Source of the DNA: Desulfomonilia bacterium
Lineage (GTDB): Bacteria > Desulfobacterota > Desulfomonilia > UBA1062
DNA: 64,000 bases
Reading direction: 5' to 3'
NCBI GenBank assembly: GCA_963664325.2
Contig: CAXXDQ010000004.1
Span: 704,001 to 768,000, forward strand
Numbering within the stretch: position 1 is the stretch's first letter; each line of letters opens with the position of its first letter. This document shows, piece by piece, positions 22,822 to 33,484 of this stretch. The notes below the pieces were generated by a model. It was not told the DNA's origin. It was given only the letters and a program-made list of their open reading frames with translations, and did not search any database. The translations under genes and the position numbers were made by a program.

Positions 22822-24544
22822 TAATGATTCCTTTTCCTTTAAGCATATCGGTTATTGTTTTCAGGGCATCGGCCGGGCATATTTTTGTAACATTGCCGGT
22901 TGCCCTTTCCCTTATCTCAATGAGACCTTCGGCAAGGCCTTTTGAGCCGATTGTAATCCGGTACGGAACACCGATGAGATCGGCATCCTTGAATTTGAAT
23001 CCAGGCCTTAAATCCCTGTCGTCAATGAGCACATCAAGGCCTGTTTTTTTAAGTTCCATATATATATTGTTAGCTGTTGAGGCTACTTCTTCGTTTCTTG
23101 AATCAAGGGGCAGGACTATTACTGCGAAGGGTGCGATAGGCAAAGGGAATATGATGCCGTCACCATCATGGTTCTGTTCAATTGCGGCAGCCACTACCCT
23201 GCTTACCCCTATTCCGTAGCAGCCCATGATCATGGGTTTCAGTTCACCTTTTTCATCAAGAAAATCGGCATGCATTGTCTTTGAATATTTTGTCCCCAGC
23301 TTGAAGACATGACCGACCTCTATACCGCGGATGGCCTCCAGCTTTCCCGGGCATCTTGGACAATCGTCGCCGGGCAGCGCGTTCCTTATGTCATCCGACT
23401 TTTCTATCCTGGTATCACGGGAGAGCCATACATCCTTTACATGGTAGTCCTGTTCATTGGCTCCTGTGACATATGGTCCGTCATCAAGGGAGATATCTCT
23501 TACTATCCTTATATTAAGCCCGACTGGGCCGGCAAATCCCCTTGGAGCGCCGGTTGCCTTCGCGATCATCTCTTCGTCGGCAAGTTCAAGGCTTTCCACC
23601 CCAAGTGAACGTCTGAGCTTTGCTTCGTTTACCTCATGATCCCCCCTGATCAACGCAGCGACAATACCTTTATCTGTATTGTAAATCATGGTTTTGACAA
23701 GAGAAGACGGCTCTATACCCAGGAATTCACAGACTTCCTCGACGGTCCTTATATCCGGAGTATGCACTTTCTCGGGAGAACCCCCCGTGGCTTTGACTGG
23801 TAATGCCTTTTCCTGTTTTCTTATCTCGGCTTTTTCCACATTTGCCGCATAGTTGCATTCGCTGCAGCTCAGGATAAGGTCCTCGCCGGTGTCGGCAAGG
23901 ACCATGAACTCATGGGAAAAGTTGCCGCCAATAGGTCCCGAGTCTGCTTCGACTGCTTTAAACCTGAGGCCGCATCTTTCAAATATCTTTTCATAGGCTC
24001 TGTATTGAGCCTCGTAACTTTTTTCCGCACTCTCGTCATCCTTATCGAAAGAATATGCGTCCTTCATCATAAATTCTCGGGCGCGCATGACACCGAAACG
24101 AGGTCGTATCTCATCCCTGAACTTTGCCTGTATCTGGTAGAGCGTCACAGGCAAATCCTTGTAGGAATTCAGTTCCGACCTGACCATATCCGTAATCACT
24201 TCCTCGTGAGTCGGTCCGAGGCAGAAATCAGCGTTTTTCCTGTCCTTGAACCTTAAAAGTTCCTTGCCGTAAACGTTCCAACGGCCGCTTTCCTGCCATA
24301 TTTCGCAGGGCTGGACACCAGGCATGAGGACCTCTTGAGCACCGGAGGCATTCATTTCCTCTCGTATTATTTTCTCGACCTTTTTAAGCGCCAGAAGGCC
24401 ATAGGGCAGCCAGGAATAAATGCCGCTTGCCAGCTTTTTTATCATGCCTGCCCTGAGCATCAGCCTGTGGCTTGCGACCTCGGCGTCTCTCGGGTCTTCT
24501 TTCATTGTCTTTAAAAACATTACTGAAAACTTCATTCTTTGCAC
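22805..24544 (-). CDS. proS: Proline--tRNA ligase
   Basis: LGPTHEE, RDEIRPRFG, editing insertion, GIEVGHVF, GCYGIG. Confidence 0.97.
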   Translation of the reverse strand: MQRMKFSVMFLKTMKEDPRDAEVASHRLMLRAGMIKKLASGIYSWLPYGLLALKKVEKIIREEMNASGAQEVLMPGVQPCEIWQESGRWNVYGKELLRFKDRKNADFCLGPTHEEVITDMVRSELNSYKDLPVTLYQIQAKFRDEIRPRFGVMRAREFMMKDAYSFDKDDESAEKSYEAQYRAYEKIFERCGLRFKAVEADSGPIGGNFSHEFMVLADTGEDLILSCSECNYAANVEKAEIRKQEKALPVKATGGSPEKVHTPDIRTVEEVCEFLGIEPSSLVKTMIYNTDKGIVAALIRGDHEVNEAKLRRSLGVESLELADEEMIAKATGAPRGFAGPVGLNIRIVRDISLDDGPYVTGANEQDYHVKDVWLSRDTRIEKSDDIRNALPGDDCPRCPGKLEAIRGIEVGHVFKLGTKYSKTMHADFLDEKGELKPMIMGCYGIGVSRVVAAAIEQNHDGDGIIFPLPIAPFAVIVLPLDSRNEEVASTANNIYMELKKTGLDVLIDDRDLRPGFKFKDADLIGVPYRITIGSKGLAEGLIEIRERATGNVTKICPADALKTITDMLKGKGIIIDSKN

Positions 24545-25596
24545 TCCTTTTCGATCTCGTCGGTAATTGTTTTGACTATTTCGTTACGGTTAATCCTTTT
24601 AACGGGTTTTCCGCGCATGAAAAGCATAGCCCCTTTCTTGTCGCATGCAACTCCTATATCCGCATCCCTGGCTTCTCCGGGGCCGTTCACAATACAGCCC
24701 ATGACTGCAACAACCAGGTGCCGCTTTATTCCGGAAAGGCACTCTTCAAGCGTGGATGCAATCAAGGCTACATCTGCATTTGCCCTTGCACATGTCGGAC
24801 AGGAAATGACCCTGACGCCTTCTTTTTTCAGACCGAGACACTCAAGAAGAACCCTGCCTGCCACTATTTCCTTTACAGGGTCTGCCGAAAGAGAGATGCG
24901 GATCGTGTCCCCAATGCCCTCTTCAAGGAGTATGCCGATCCCGGCAGCGCTCCTTATTGCGCCGGAAAACATGGTGCCTGACTCGGTAACTCCAATGTGC
25001 AGAGGCCTGTCGGAAATTCTGGAAAAACGCCTGTATGCCTCAACCGTTTCGAGTACATCGGAGGATTTCAAGGACACCTTGATAGCATCAAGTCCGAAAT
25101 CCTCAAGTACCATAACCTGCTCATGAGCTGTCTCAACAAGGGCGCCAACCCTGTCCTTACCGAATCTGTTCAATACGGCCCTTTTTATCGAACCGGTGTT
25201 TACCCCGACCCGTATGGGGATATTATGGTCTAATGCAGCTTTTGCAACTTGTCTGACTTTGTCCCTTGAGCCTATGTTACCCGGGTTTATTCTTATGCAG
25301 TCGGCCCCTGCAACAATAGCACCTACAGCAAGGCGATAGTCGAAATGGATGTCTGCAACAAGGGGAATACCTGCATTTTTCTTAATTTCGGCAAAAGCCG
25401 ACAGGGATTCTTCATCAGGGATGCTGATCCTGGCAATATCACACCCTGCCTTCTCAAGGGCTGCAACCTGTGCGCACGTAGCCTTGATGTCGGTTGTCAG
25501 GGTATTGGTCATAGACTGAATGGATACAGGAGCACCGCCTCCGACCTGTACCCCCCCAACAATAATTCTTCGGGTTTTTTCGCGGGGTAGAGTCAT
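24532..25596 (-). CDS. ispG: (E)-4-hydroxy-3-methylbut-2-enyl diphosphate synthase
   Basis: QSMTNT, ADIHF, RINPGN, SCPTCAR, MGCIVNGPGE. Confidence 0.97.
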   Translation of the reverse strand: MTLPREKTRRIIVGGVQVGGGAPVSIQSMTNTLTTDIKATCAQVAALEKAGCDIARISIPDEESLSAFAEIKKNAGIPLVADIHFDYRLAVGAIVAGADCIRINPGNIGSRDKVRQVAKAALDHNIPIRVGVNTGSIKRAVLNRFGKDRVGALVETAHEQVMVLEDFGLDAIKVSLKSSDVLETVEAYRRFSRISDRPLHIGVTESGTMFSGAIRSAAGIGILLEEGIGDTIRISLSADPVKEIVAGRVLLECLGLKKEGVRVISCPTCARANADVALIASTLEECLSGIKRHLVVAVMGCIVNGPGEARDADIGVACDKKGAMLFMRGKPVKRINRNEIVKTITDEIEKECKE

Positions 25597-25665
25597 CTCA
25601 GGCAGAATAACACAGACTCAACTTATCACTCAAGTTTATTGCTTGTTTTTTCGATAAGAAAATCA

Positions 25666-27438
25666 ATGCTGAAACTCACGCCTGCAAATATCGACAGGAT
25701 ACTTGACGATATTGAGATACCGACTCTGCCATCGATTGCATCCGCGATAATGGAAAGAACTCTCGACGACTGGGCTAATGCAAAAAATCTTACAAACATG
25801 GTTGAAAAGGACACCGCCTTGGCTGCGAAAGTCCTGAAGGTAGCCAATTCGCCTTTTTATCATCGCATCAAGGAGGTCTCCACGATCAGGAGCGCTGTCG
25901 TCCTTCTCGGTATGAATATTCTCAGAAGTATTGTTCTCAGCATTTCGGTGGTGAACCTGTTCAACGGCCATAAAAAAAATGCCATAGACCTTTACAGATT
26001 CTGGCAGCACAGCATATCAAGCGCTGTCTGCGCAAGAATGATTGCCGCAAAGACCCTTCCAGACTGCGAGGAGGATGCCTTTGCGGCAGGCCTTCTGCAT
26101 GACATAGGCAAGGTCGTGTTGGATCAGAACATATGTCTGAATGGTGAATACCAGGAAGTAATCGAGAACGTAAATTCAGGTACAACCGACATCATAAGGT
26201 TTGAAACCGGACTAATCGGGATAAACCATGCGGAACTAGGTAAAAAGCTTATTGAAAAATGGAACCTTCCGAAACTCCTGTGTGATGCTGTCGGCGCCCA
26301 TCATGAACAGCCCGAAGTTGACATGCTTGATGCCAGGGATGAGATGCTTTGCGCAATAGTAAATATAGCCGACAAAATCACCAACCACCTCGGACTTGGT
26401 ATAGGCAGGCGCTCTGCGGACTTTATCGACCCGGCGGTTTTGGCCAAGGCCGGCCTCGGGAACAAGGAACTGCAGGAGATATCTCTTTCATTGAAAGACA
26501 ATGTAACTGCAATCAGCGATGAGCTCGGCATACCGAAGATTGAACCAAAAACCTACTTTGAAATACTTCAAGCGGCCAACACGCATCTTGGCAGGATGAG
26601 CCTGGACCTGGAGCAGAAGAAGCTAGCACTCGAAAGAAGGACAATTGAGCTTACCGGTCTTAACAGGATGTCCAGCCTGTTGCAGTCATCCATGAAACTC
26701 TCGGAAATTACTGAAATACTTACCTCGAATACGCTGTCGATAATGGGGTCTTTCAATGTAAGGTGCCTGATCAGGCTTTCAGGCATGAGAGTCCTATTTA
26801 CCGAGAGCACCATAGACAAAGGAAACATCACTACACGCTCAGGTATAACAAATGCGACAAAGGAGATACTTGACAGGACCCAGGGAATATATCCGAAAAC
26901 GGGTGGTGTAATACATGCCCCTGTAAAGGTTGAAAACAGTATAATAGGAGTGATTGAATCTACGCCGATTGAAGACCAGCATGAAGACATAACGGAGAAA
27001 ACCCTTCTTTTAAGAACCATCGCAGAGGTGGGAGGACATGCAATTGAAAGGGCTACCCTTGTCACCAAAAATCTTAAAGCCGAGAGACTGGCCGCAGTAT
27101 CAAAAACCGCAATTGCCGCTAACCATGAGATAAACAGTCCGCTTACAACCATCCTTCTTAAGCTTGAGATGCTGCTGAGGGACAAAACAATAAAAACAGA
27201 CAATTATGTGATAATCAAAGAAATTAAAAATGAGGCTTCCAAGATAACTGATCTGGTAAAAAGGATGCTTGAAATATCGGATGTTGTCGAAACCGACTAT
27301 TTAAAACAAGGCGGCAAAACCGAAAAAATGCTTGATATGAAAACGTCTGCAAAAAAACCTGAACCCGTATCAGAAAAAAAATCCGAACCAGAAAAACCCG
27401 ATAATGACATACCTGGTTTTGAAGAATACCTGGAGTGA
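25666..27438 (+). CDS. HDOD domain protein with C-terminal HisKA-like helix pair, no ATPase domain
   Basis: PTLP, LKVANSP, FWQHS, GLLHDIGK; C-terminal ANHEINSPLT H-box followed by only a short charged tail. Confidence 0.75.
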   Translation: MLKLTPANIDRILDDIEIPTLPSIASAIMERTLDDWANAKNLTNMVEKDTALAAKVLKVANSPFYHRIKEVSTIRSAVVLLGMNILRSIVLSISVVNLFNGHKKNAIDLYRFWQHSISSAVCARMIAAKTLPDCEEDAFAAGLLHDIGKVVLDQNICLNGEYQEVIENVNSGTTDIIRFETGLIGINHAELGKKLIEKWNLPKLLCDAVGAHHEQPEVDMLDARDEMLCAIVNIADKITNHLGLGIGRRSADFIDPAVLAKAGLGNKELQEISLSLKDNVTAISDELGIPKIEPKTYFEILQAANTHLGRMSLDLEQKKLALERRTIELTGLNRMSSLLQSSMKLSEITEILTSNTLSIMGSFNVRCLIRLSGMRVLFTESTIDKGNITTRSGITNATKEILDRTQGIYPKTGGVIHAPVKVENSIIGVIESTPIEDQHEDITEKTLLLRTIAEVGGHAIERATLVTKNLKAERLAAVSKTAIAANHEINSPLTTILLKLEMLLRDKTIKTDNYVIIKEIKNEASKITDLVKRMLEISDVVETDYLKQGGKTEKMLDMKTSAKKPEPVSEKKSEPEKPDNDIPGFEEYLE

Positions 27439-27443
27439 CAAAT

Positions 27444-27767
27444 ATGAGCTGGATATTTCTTGTGGGGGCCATATTTTTTGAGGTTGCAGGAACCACTTTC
27501 TTAAAACTTTCAAACGGTTTTTCAAGACTGTTGCCTGTTGTTTTCATGTTTCTATTTTATGTTGCAAGCCTCTCGCTGCTTTCTCTGGCGCTCAAGAAAA
27601 TAGAGGTTGGGATAGCGTATGCCATATGGTCCGGGGTGGGGACTGCAACGATTACCCTGATTGGCGTGGTATTTTTCAGCGAAAGCATGAGCATTCTCAA
27701 AATAGGCGGGATAATTCTTGTAATTGCCGGGGTAACGATTCTCAATCTTGCAGGAAGCCCACACTGA
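27444..27767 (+). CDS. SMR family small multidrug efflux transporter
   Basis: 4 TM, FEVAGT (Glu14), AYAIWSGVG. Confidence 0.9.
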   Translation: MSWIFLVGAIFFEVAGTTFLKLSNGFSRLLPVVFMFLFYVASLSLLSLALKKIEVGIAYAIWSGVGTATITLIGVVFFSESMSILKIGGIILVIAGVTILNLAGSPH

Positions 27768-27796
27768 AAAGCATATCAAAACCTGTAAACAGCCTG

Positions 27797-27830
27797 ACCA
27801 GGCTTACCCACGGGGCGCCTGGTTGCTTTT
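27797..27830 (+). terminator. Probable intrinsic terminator
   Basis: ACCAGGC...GCCTGGT then T tract. Confidence 0.45.
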
Positions 27831-28109
27831 ATGTAGAAGGTTTTTTCTGTTTCCTAAACCTTCGTCTGATAAATAATCTATCGACAAAATGGAGTTTTAC
27901 TTTAGGGGTTCTTTTTAAAATATTTTTTTACGTAGTCGGAAACTGGATGGGTACCGGAACACATAACCATGCCTGATAGAGGGCATTATGAAATTTATGT
28001 TTTCTTAAAACTCTGAGAAAATAAAAGGACCTCAATATTACGGTAATGAGGTTATTAAAACTGAAAAAAATAAACATCGTTCTTAATTAATTTCCCATTA
28101 CCTTTGTTT

Positions 28110-28144
28110 AAAAGAGAACGCCGGTGAGAGGTCACCGGCGTTCT
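28110..28144 (-). terminator. Intrinsic terminator
   Basis: 13-bp perfect stem AGAACGCCGGTGA/TCACCGGCGTTCT with U tract on minus strand. Confidence 0.7.
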
Positions 28145-28191
28145 GGAAAAGAGATATGTGCTAATTTATATCAATAAACAGATGTTCATGT

Positions 28192-29262
28192 TCAGTCTGC
28201 AAAATCGACCCATATCGGGGCTGTGACTGCTATCTGGATACCGCCATCCGATGTTTCGATCGTATTGAGTTCGTAAACCTTAACAAAATAATACGCATCG
28301 CCGGCAAGCGAAACTGTCGGCTGCCATAAATATTCGTCGGCAGCTTCGCTGAATGTTGTTGATGCGACGATCACGCCTTTGTTGGAAATGAGTTCCATCT
28401 TCATAATAGGCTCATCATCCGTGACTGAAACTGTAAAGGTGATTTCCGGGTCGCCCGTTGCCATCTGTGAACCCATCCAGACCGTACCTGCCTTGAAGAC
28501 GACTTTCATGTTCGGATCATCGGTTGAATATACCCTGCGTTTCCGTATGGCATCTATTAAGGATGTTCTTGAAAGTTCGGACGCAACAATTGCTGAACGG
28601 TGGCAGTTTGTGCTCATGCTGTGATTATCCTGGTTGTTTGCAGGTGCCACATGCCAGCCTTTATCAAGGGCCCTGATATACTGAAGAATATACTGATTGT
28701 CATTGTTACCTGTCCCGCCGTTCCCGGTTTCAAGCAGGCACATGTATTTATCGGCCTTGCTGATATACCTGAAATTATTATAGTTAAGGGGCTGTTCGCC
28801 TGGGTGATTGTACTGACCTATGCCGTTGTTCAACTGGAGCCATAGGTAGAACAGGTCAACAGACTGGATTGCAATGACGTTAGTCTGGGTGGTTGTTTCC
28901 AGGACATTGATATGACCCGATAGGGGATTGCCCCATTCGAAACCTCTCAAGGCGCAGAATTGGCCTGTGACATTGAATGTATTAGCAAGCGATCCGGTCT
29001 TTGACCACATCCAGGGAAAAACCTGTTCACTGTGGTCTGTAAGCGCATAAAAGTCATACTTGGCAACATCTCTCGCCCATTTGAAATTTTCTTCCGGTGT
29101 GCCTTTCCCATCTGAAAAATTGCTGTGTGCATGAAGACTTCCGTAATAGATATCCATGCCGCCGAGCAATGAATACTGATCAGCCATTGCGCTTGTCGCC
29201 ATGACTGCTACGAAAAACAGTGATAAAATTAATATAGTGACTAAACCGAATCCTTTTTTCAT
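28192..29262 (-). CDS. Secreted PHP-fold metallohydrolase (CehA/McbA-like)
   Basis: Signal peptide; LHAHS..SDG, TDH, EW, GH, NHP, QDNH. Confidence 0.75.
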   Translation of the reverse strand: MKKGFGLVTILILSLFFVAVMATSAMADQYSLLGGMDIYYGSLHAHSNFSDGKGTPEENFKWARDVAKYDFYALTDHSEQVFPWMWSKTGSLANTFNVTGQFCALRGFEWGNPLSGHINVLETTTQTNVIAIQSVDLFYLWLQLNNGIGQYNHPGEQPLNYNNFRYISKADKYMCLLETGNGGTGNNDNQYILQYIRALDKGWHVAPANNQDNHSMSTNCHRSAIVASELSRTSLIDAIRKRRVYSTDDPNMKVVFKAGTVWMGSQMATGDPEITFTVSVTDDEPIMKMELISNKGVIVASTTFSEAADEYLWQPTVSLAGDAYYFVKVYELNTIETSDGGIQIAVTAPIWVDFAD

Positions 29263-29367
29263 AATGTCTCCTCCCCATACAAATTTAATTTCCGGTTATT
29301 ATCTGAAAGATAATTAATTGCAGTTAGCACCTATGATATCTTTTGTCCACATTATTAACAATTTGCT

Positions 29368-30321
29368 TCAGGAAAAACTGGCTGCTTCGTATGTTCTTGC
29401 TGCAGCCATTTTTCTCTTTTTGCTCAGCATGTATCTCAGCCTGCCTAGGAACAGGGCGCCATCCATTGTAATTCTTGTGGATAATGTAAAGGGCATCAGC
29501 CATCTGCCTTTCGGCAAGACCTGGTTTTTCCTCGGAAATTCTTTCATTTCCAAATCTTCCACAACAATTCCGGACCCGCCTTTTATCTCGGAAAGTCTTC
29601 TCCCGCTTCCATCAAGTATGCAAGTACCCTCGGTAAAACTTACATCCATCCTGAGAAAACGCGGCAGGTATGGAATCCTTGAATGCGCTTCGCCGGTCTT
29701 GTTTGATACTATGACGGGGCAGGCGAGAAAGGATGCATAAAGTTCAGGGGTAATTCTGTATTCTTCCACCCACGCCTTTTTATCCTTTGGGAGACAGAAC
29801 CAGGGAAGTTCAGGCGAAGAATAGGCGATCAGTAATATGTCCGGACTCAGTTCTATGAGTCTTTTTATGGTATGTGTTTTAGTCGTGTCAAAGCAAATGG
29901 CAACCCCGATCCTTCCCAGCTTTGTATCGAATACGCTCTGATTGATGCCTTTCGCACTGAAAGTGAAGGCCTCGTAGCTTGCAGGTTCGATTTTACGGTG
30001 AAAGAAAAACTCATCAGGTCCGACAAGAATGAATGTATCGAAAAAATCCCTGCCATCGGTTTCTAGAATGCATATGCCGAGATATGCATCATATTTTGAA
30101 GCAAGCTCCTTCAGCCATTTATAGGTTTTCCCTTTAAGAGGCTCTGCCGAGTCCCATATGCCATCTTCGAACATATATCCGGCCAGTGCAAATTCCGGAA
30201 GAAGTATCAGTTTTGCACCTTTGGAGGCGGCTTCCATAATATGAATTTCCGCCCTTGCCATGTTTGCTTTGTAATCAGTATTCAAAGAAACCATTTGAAC
30301 GGCCGCTGCCTTAAGGCTCAT
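29368..30321 (-). CDS. Carbon-nitrogen hydrolase family protein
   Basis: Catalytic triad context LPE, HRK, ICFD. Confidence 0.85.
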   Translation of the reverse strand: MSLKAAAVQMVSLNTDYKANMARAEIHIMEAASKGAKLILLPEFALAGYMFEDGIWDSAEPLKGKTYKWLKELASKYDAYLGICILETDGRDFFDTFILVGPDEFFFHRKIEPASYEAFTFSAKGINQSVFDTKLGRIGVAICFDTTKTHTIKRLIELSPDILLIAYSSPELPWFCLPKDKKAWVEEYRITPELYASFLACPVIVSNKTGEAHSRIPYLPRFLRMDVSFTEGTCILDGSGRRLSEIKGGSGIVVEDLEMKEFPRKNQVLPKGRWLMPFTLSTRITMDGALFLGRLRYMLSKKRKMAAARTYEAASFS

Positions 30322-30401
30322 TTTCCCCTCCCGTAATAATGTTATATTAAGAGATGCCCTCTGAAAGTAAAGATGGTTAAGGATATCCGGAAATCAATCC
30401 A

Positions 30402-31079
30402 TCAGGAAAGCCCTTTCAGGAATTCTATAGTCTTGAGGGGCCTGTGCGAGACCTGTTCGCATAATTCAAAGAGGAACAGGCTTATTTCATTTTTCGCCCT
30501 GGCGCTTACGTGGAGCCTTGATAGCAGCTCCGGTTCAAGCATGCATGCACGTTCCATGAACATGATGGCCTCTCCGGACATGCCTGACATCGGAAGCGGC
30601 TCACCTTTAATCAGGGCTTCCTTGACATTAAAACCATAACCGAGAGATTCCAGGATTCCCGTCAGTGCCGAGGCCCAGAAGCAAAACCACTTTTTCTCGG
30701 GACTGAAGAAGGCCAGCGATTTTTTCAGTACATCAAACACCTTGGGGTGAGGATCGAGTGGGGCAAGATTGACTGCAGGTATTTCCAGAAGTATGGATGC
30801 ATGTGAAAACAGATTTAAATCCTCCCTTGCCCAGAGATTTGCGTTTACAAGTGTTGCCTCCTCGATCCTGAACAGTTCTATGCCGGGTTTTATAAATAAC
30901 TCCGCTTCAATCTCGGAAAAAGGTTCAAGTGTACCGGGAAAACGCTTAGTACTTCTTCGAGCCCCTTTTGCGATTGCATTTATGAGGCCCATGTTCGGGG
31001 AAAGCATGATGATGATTCTGTCGGATTCGGAATAATCCCTTGTATTGAGTATTATCGCTCTGGTTTTGGTTCTCGGCAT
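30402..31079 (-). CDS. recO: DNA repair protein RecO
   Basis: AIIL..RDYSESDRI, AKGARRSTKRF, LEPF. Confidence 0.88.
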   Translation of the reverse strand: MPRTKTRAIILNTRDYSESDRIIIMLSPNMGLINAIAKGARRSTKRFPGTLEPFSEIEAELFIKPGIELFRIEEATLVNANLWAREDLNLFSHASILLEIPAVNLAPLDPHPKVFDVLKKSLAFFSPEKKWFCFWASALTGILESLGYGFNVKEALIKGEPLPMSGMSGEAIMFMERACMLEPELLSRLHVSARAKNEISLFLFELCEQVSHRPLKTIEFLKGLS

Positions 31080-31117
31080 GACTTGAAAAATTTTTTGCTG
31101 TATCCTGTGTCTTTTGC

Positions 31118-31588
31118 TCAGGCCATAAAACTCATACCTGTCCCAGGATCAGACATATATACGGTTTTCACACCCGGCTCAGTCTCAATTAAAGATACTT
31201 CCCTGTAACGTACGGCGCAGACTACACCTGTAATGATGACAGCAATCACCAGGATGGCTGCAGCAATATACAGGTATGCCCTTTTTCTTGCTTTTGCGGG
31301 GGGATCGATCCTGCTCTGGGGGGCCATCTTTGACTTTTCAATTTTGAACAAAGACTGATCCATAAGCCTGAACAGTTCGATTTCATCCATCCCGAACTCC
31401 TTGGAGATTACCTGTAGAAAACCCCTCAAAAAGGCTCTCGGGGGCAGTATTTCAATATTGTCTTCTTCAAGCCAGACGAGTGTCTGGTAGGATATCTTGG
31501 TGCGGCGTTCAATATCTTTAAGGCTTATTCCGAGCCTTTCTCTCTCGGACCTGAAGTACTGTCCCAAAGTGAGCCTTTCAATAACCAT
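31118..31588 (-). CDS. RodZ-like HTH membrane protein
   Basis: LGQYFRSERE...RTKIS...LEE...FLRGFL, then one TM helix. Confidence 0.75.
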   Translation of the reverse strand: MVIERLTLGQYFRSERERLGISLKDIERRTKISYQTLVWLEEDNIEILPPRAFLRGFLQVISKEFGMDEIELFRLMDQSLFKIEKSKMAPQSRIDPPAKARKRAYLYIAAAILVIAVIITGVVCAVRYREVSLIETEPGVKTVYMSDPGTGMSFMA

Positions 31589-31651
31589 ATCGGCCTCCAG
31601 CGTTTCGGAACGCTATCATGACATCATGCGGGTTTCAAGCTGTAACAGGAT

Positions 31652-32305
31652 TCAGTGATAAAGACTCCTTAAAATTCTTACCACTTCAGGAATTGAATCG
31701 GTTACAGTAAATATCGACATATCCTCCGGCTTTATCATTTTGTTTTCAACCATTGTTTTATTCAGCCAGTCAATCATGCCCGACCAGTATTCGGAACCGA
31801 AAAGAACGACCGGGAAAGGCCTTATCTTGTCGGTCTGGATAAGAGTCAGCGCCTCAAAAAGCTCATCCAGGGTTCCGAACCCCCCGGGAAAAATGACATA
31901 CCCTATCGCATATTTTATGAACATGACCTTCCTTACAAAAAAATACCTGAACGTCAGCTGAACATTGGTATAGGGATTTGGTTTCTGTTCAAAAGGGAGT
32001 TCAATATTGACTCCGACTGAAATCCCTCCTGCCTCAAGAGCACCTCTGTTGGCAGCCTCCATTATGCCCGGGCCGCCTCCGGTTATGATTGCAAATCCCT
32101 GACCCACCAGTTCCGAAGCCAGTTGTTTTGCAAGCATGTAATACGTGTCTTCAGGTTTTGACCTTGCTGAGCCGAAGAAAGTGACCGCAGACGGAAGCTT
32201 TGATAGTGTCTCTATTCCGTCAACAAACTCAGACATTATCCTGAACACCCTCCAGGACTCGTCCGGATTCATGGAGTCTATTACATATCTGTCATTGTCT
32301 TTCAT
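31652..32305 (-). CDS. LOG family protein (TIGR00730-like)
   Basis: FGSAR, TGGGPGIMEA, FFVRK, PGGFGTLDE. Confidence 0.9.
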   Translation of the reverse strand: MKDNDRYVIDSMNPDESWRVFRIMSEFVDGIETLSKLPSAVTFFGSARSKPEDTYYMLAKQLASELVGQGFAIITGGGPGIMEAANRGALEAGGISVGVNIELPFEQKPNPYTNVQLTFRYFFVRKVMFIKYAIGYVIFPGGFGTLDELFEALTLIQTDKIRPFPVVLFGSEYWSGMIDWLNKTMVENKMIKPEDMSIFTVTDSIPEVVRILRSLYH

Positions 32306-32307
32306 TT

Positions 32308-32640
32308 TTATTTCTTTCCTTTCTTTTTAACCTGTTTATTGTCACATGAGGTTTCATCGCATTTTTCATTAGTGGACTCTATTTCAGAAAGCTTGCCCCC
32401 ATCAAAACTGAGAATGTTCAGATAGCCGTTTATGCAATAGTACATCCTTCTGCAGTCTGATTTCTTTTTCGAGCATTTCTCGTCAAGACAAGGCTTGCCG
32501 CATGTATTTTTTACGGTAAGGTGCGTATTCCCTATAGATACAAGGTCGTCACCGCATCTCATATAGGATGAGCCGGCGTATGATGATCCTGCGGACAGCA
32601 TAAACAATGTAATGGAAAGCACAAATATATATTTTTTCAT
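32308..32640 (-). CDS. Secreted DUF2845-like protein
   Basis: Signal peptide, MRCGDDLVSIG...CGKP. Confidence 0.6.
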   Translation of the reverse strand: MKKYIFVLSITLFMLSAGSSYAGSSYMRCGDDLVSIGNTHLTVKNTCGKPCLDEKCSKKKSDCRRMYYCINGYLNILSFDGGKLSEIESTNEKCDETSCDNKQVKKKGKK

Positions 32641-33021
32641 GTCATATCCTCCAAACGTTTGTTAGTGGTTAGAGATATTAATAATTTCGACTTTTTGAAA
32701 TATTTTCTTGAGATTCAAAAAGGCTGGAAACAATGATGTGCCTGAATGATATCCGTACCGTTGAAAAAATGTTTATAATCTTTGATTTTTAATGAACAAG
32801 CTTAGAATTTCCGGACATGATTATGATTCCTGGTACTGACTTACTTGATGAAGGCATAATCACTATCTGTTTCATGATGAAAGAAAGCCAGGTTTTTTAT
32901 TGATTATTTCAGCATGTATTTTCCTGATTGTTAATATTATGGGCGCTGTATATAATTGGTTGAAATCAAAAAACATTGAAAATCTCGTTCTTTAATATCA
33001 CAAGAAAGGAGGAAACAAGTC

Positions 33022-33426
33022 ATGGAAAAAGGACCGGAAAAACTTATTTCTTCATTTCGCAGGAAAAGCACCGAGATTTTAAATTCAGCAGGGTTATTGG
33101 GGTTGGTTCTGTATCTTAGGTTGGAGGAAAACCCGTGGTTTCCCGATATTAAAAATACAAATCTGGTTGACTATCAGGACCGCCGTCAAAACAGACGCGT
33201 TCATTTTGAACGTGAAATTTCATACCGTATCGGATCAGGCAATGAACTTAAGGGCCGTATGATCAACCTTAGCAAAGGCGGCTTGTACATGGAAACGGAA
33301 TCATCTTTAAAAGAGGGTGAGGTTGTTCAGATCAGCTTTTTTAAAAACAGGCTCAGCTATATCTCCTGCTTGCCGGCGCGAATAGTCAGGAGGGGGTTGA
33401 CCGGCATGGCGGTTGAATTCATTTGA
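33022..33426 (+). CDS. PilZ domain protein
   Basis: RRQNRR and NLSKGG motifs, GMAVEF end; AGGAGG RBS. Confidence 0.8.
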   Translation: MEKGPEKLISSFRRKSTEILNSAGLLGLVLYLRLEENPWFPDIKNTNLVDYQDRRQNRRVHFEREISYRIGSGNELKGRMINLSKGGLYMETESSLKEGEVVQISFFKNRLSYISCLPARIVRRGLTGMAVEFI

Positions 33427-33484
33427 ACTGCCGATCGAAGAAAGTATTGATTGTAGAGATGCTTATCATTTTTTAAGAAAATCT

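Noticed and set aside
27626-27976. 116-aa ORF after the SMR gene
   Set aside because: Overlaps the SMR gene out of frame and runs through its terminator into AT-rich DNA.
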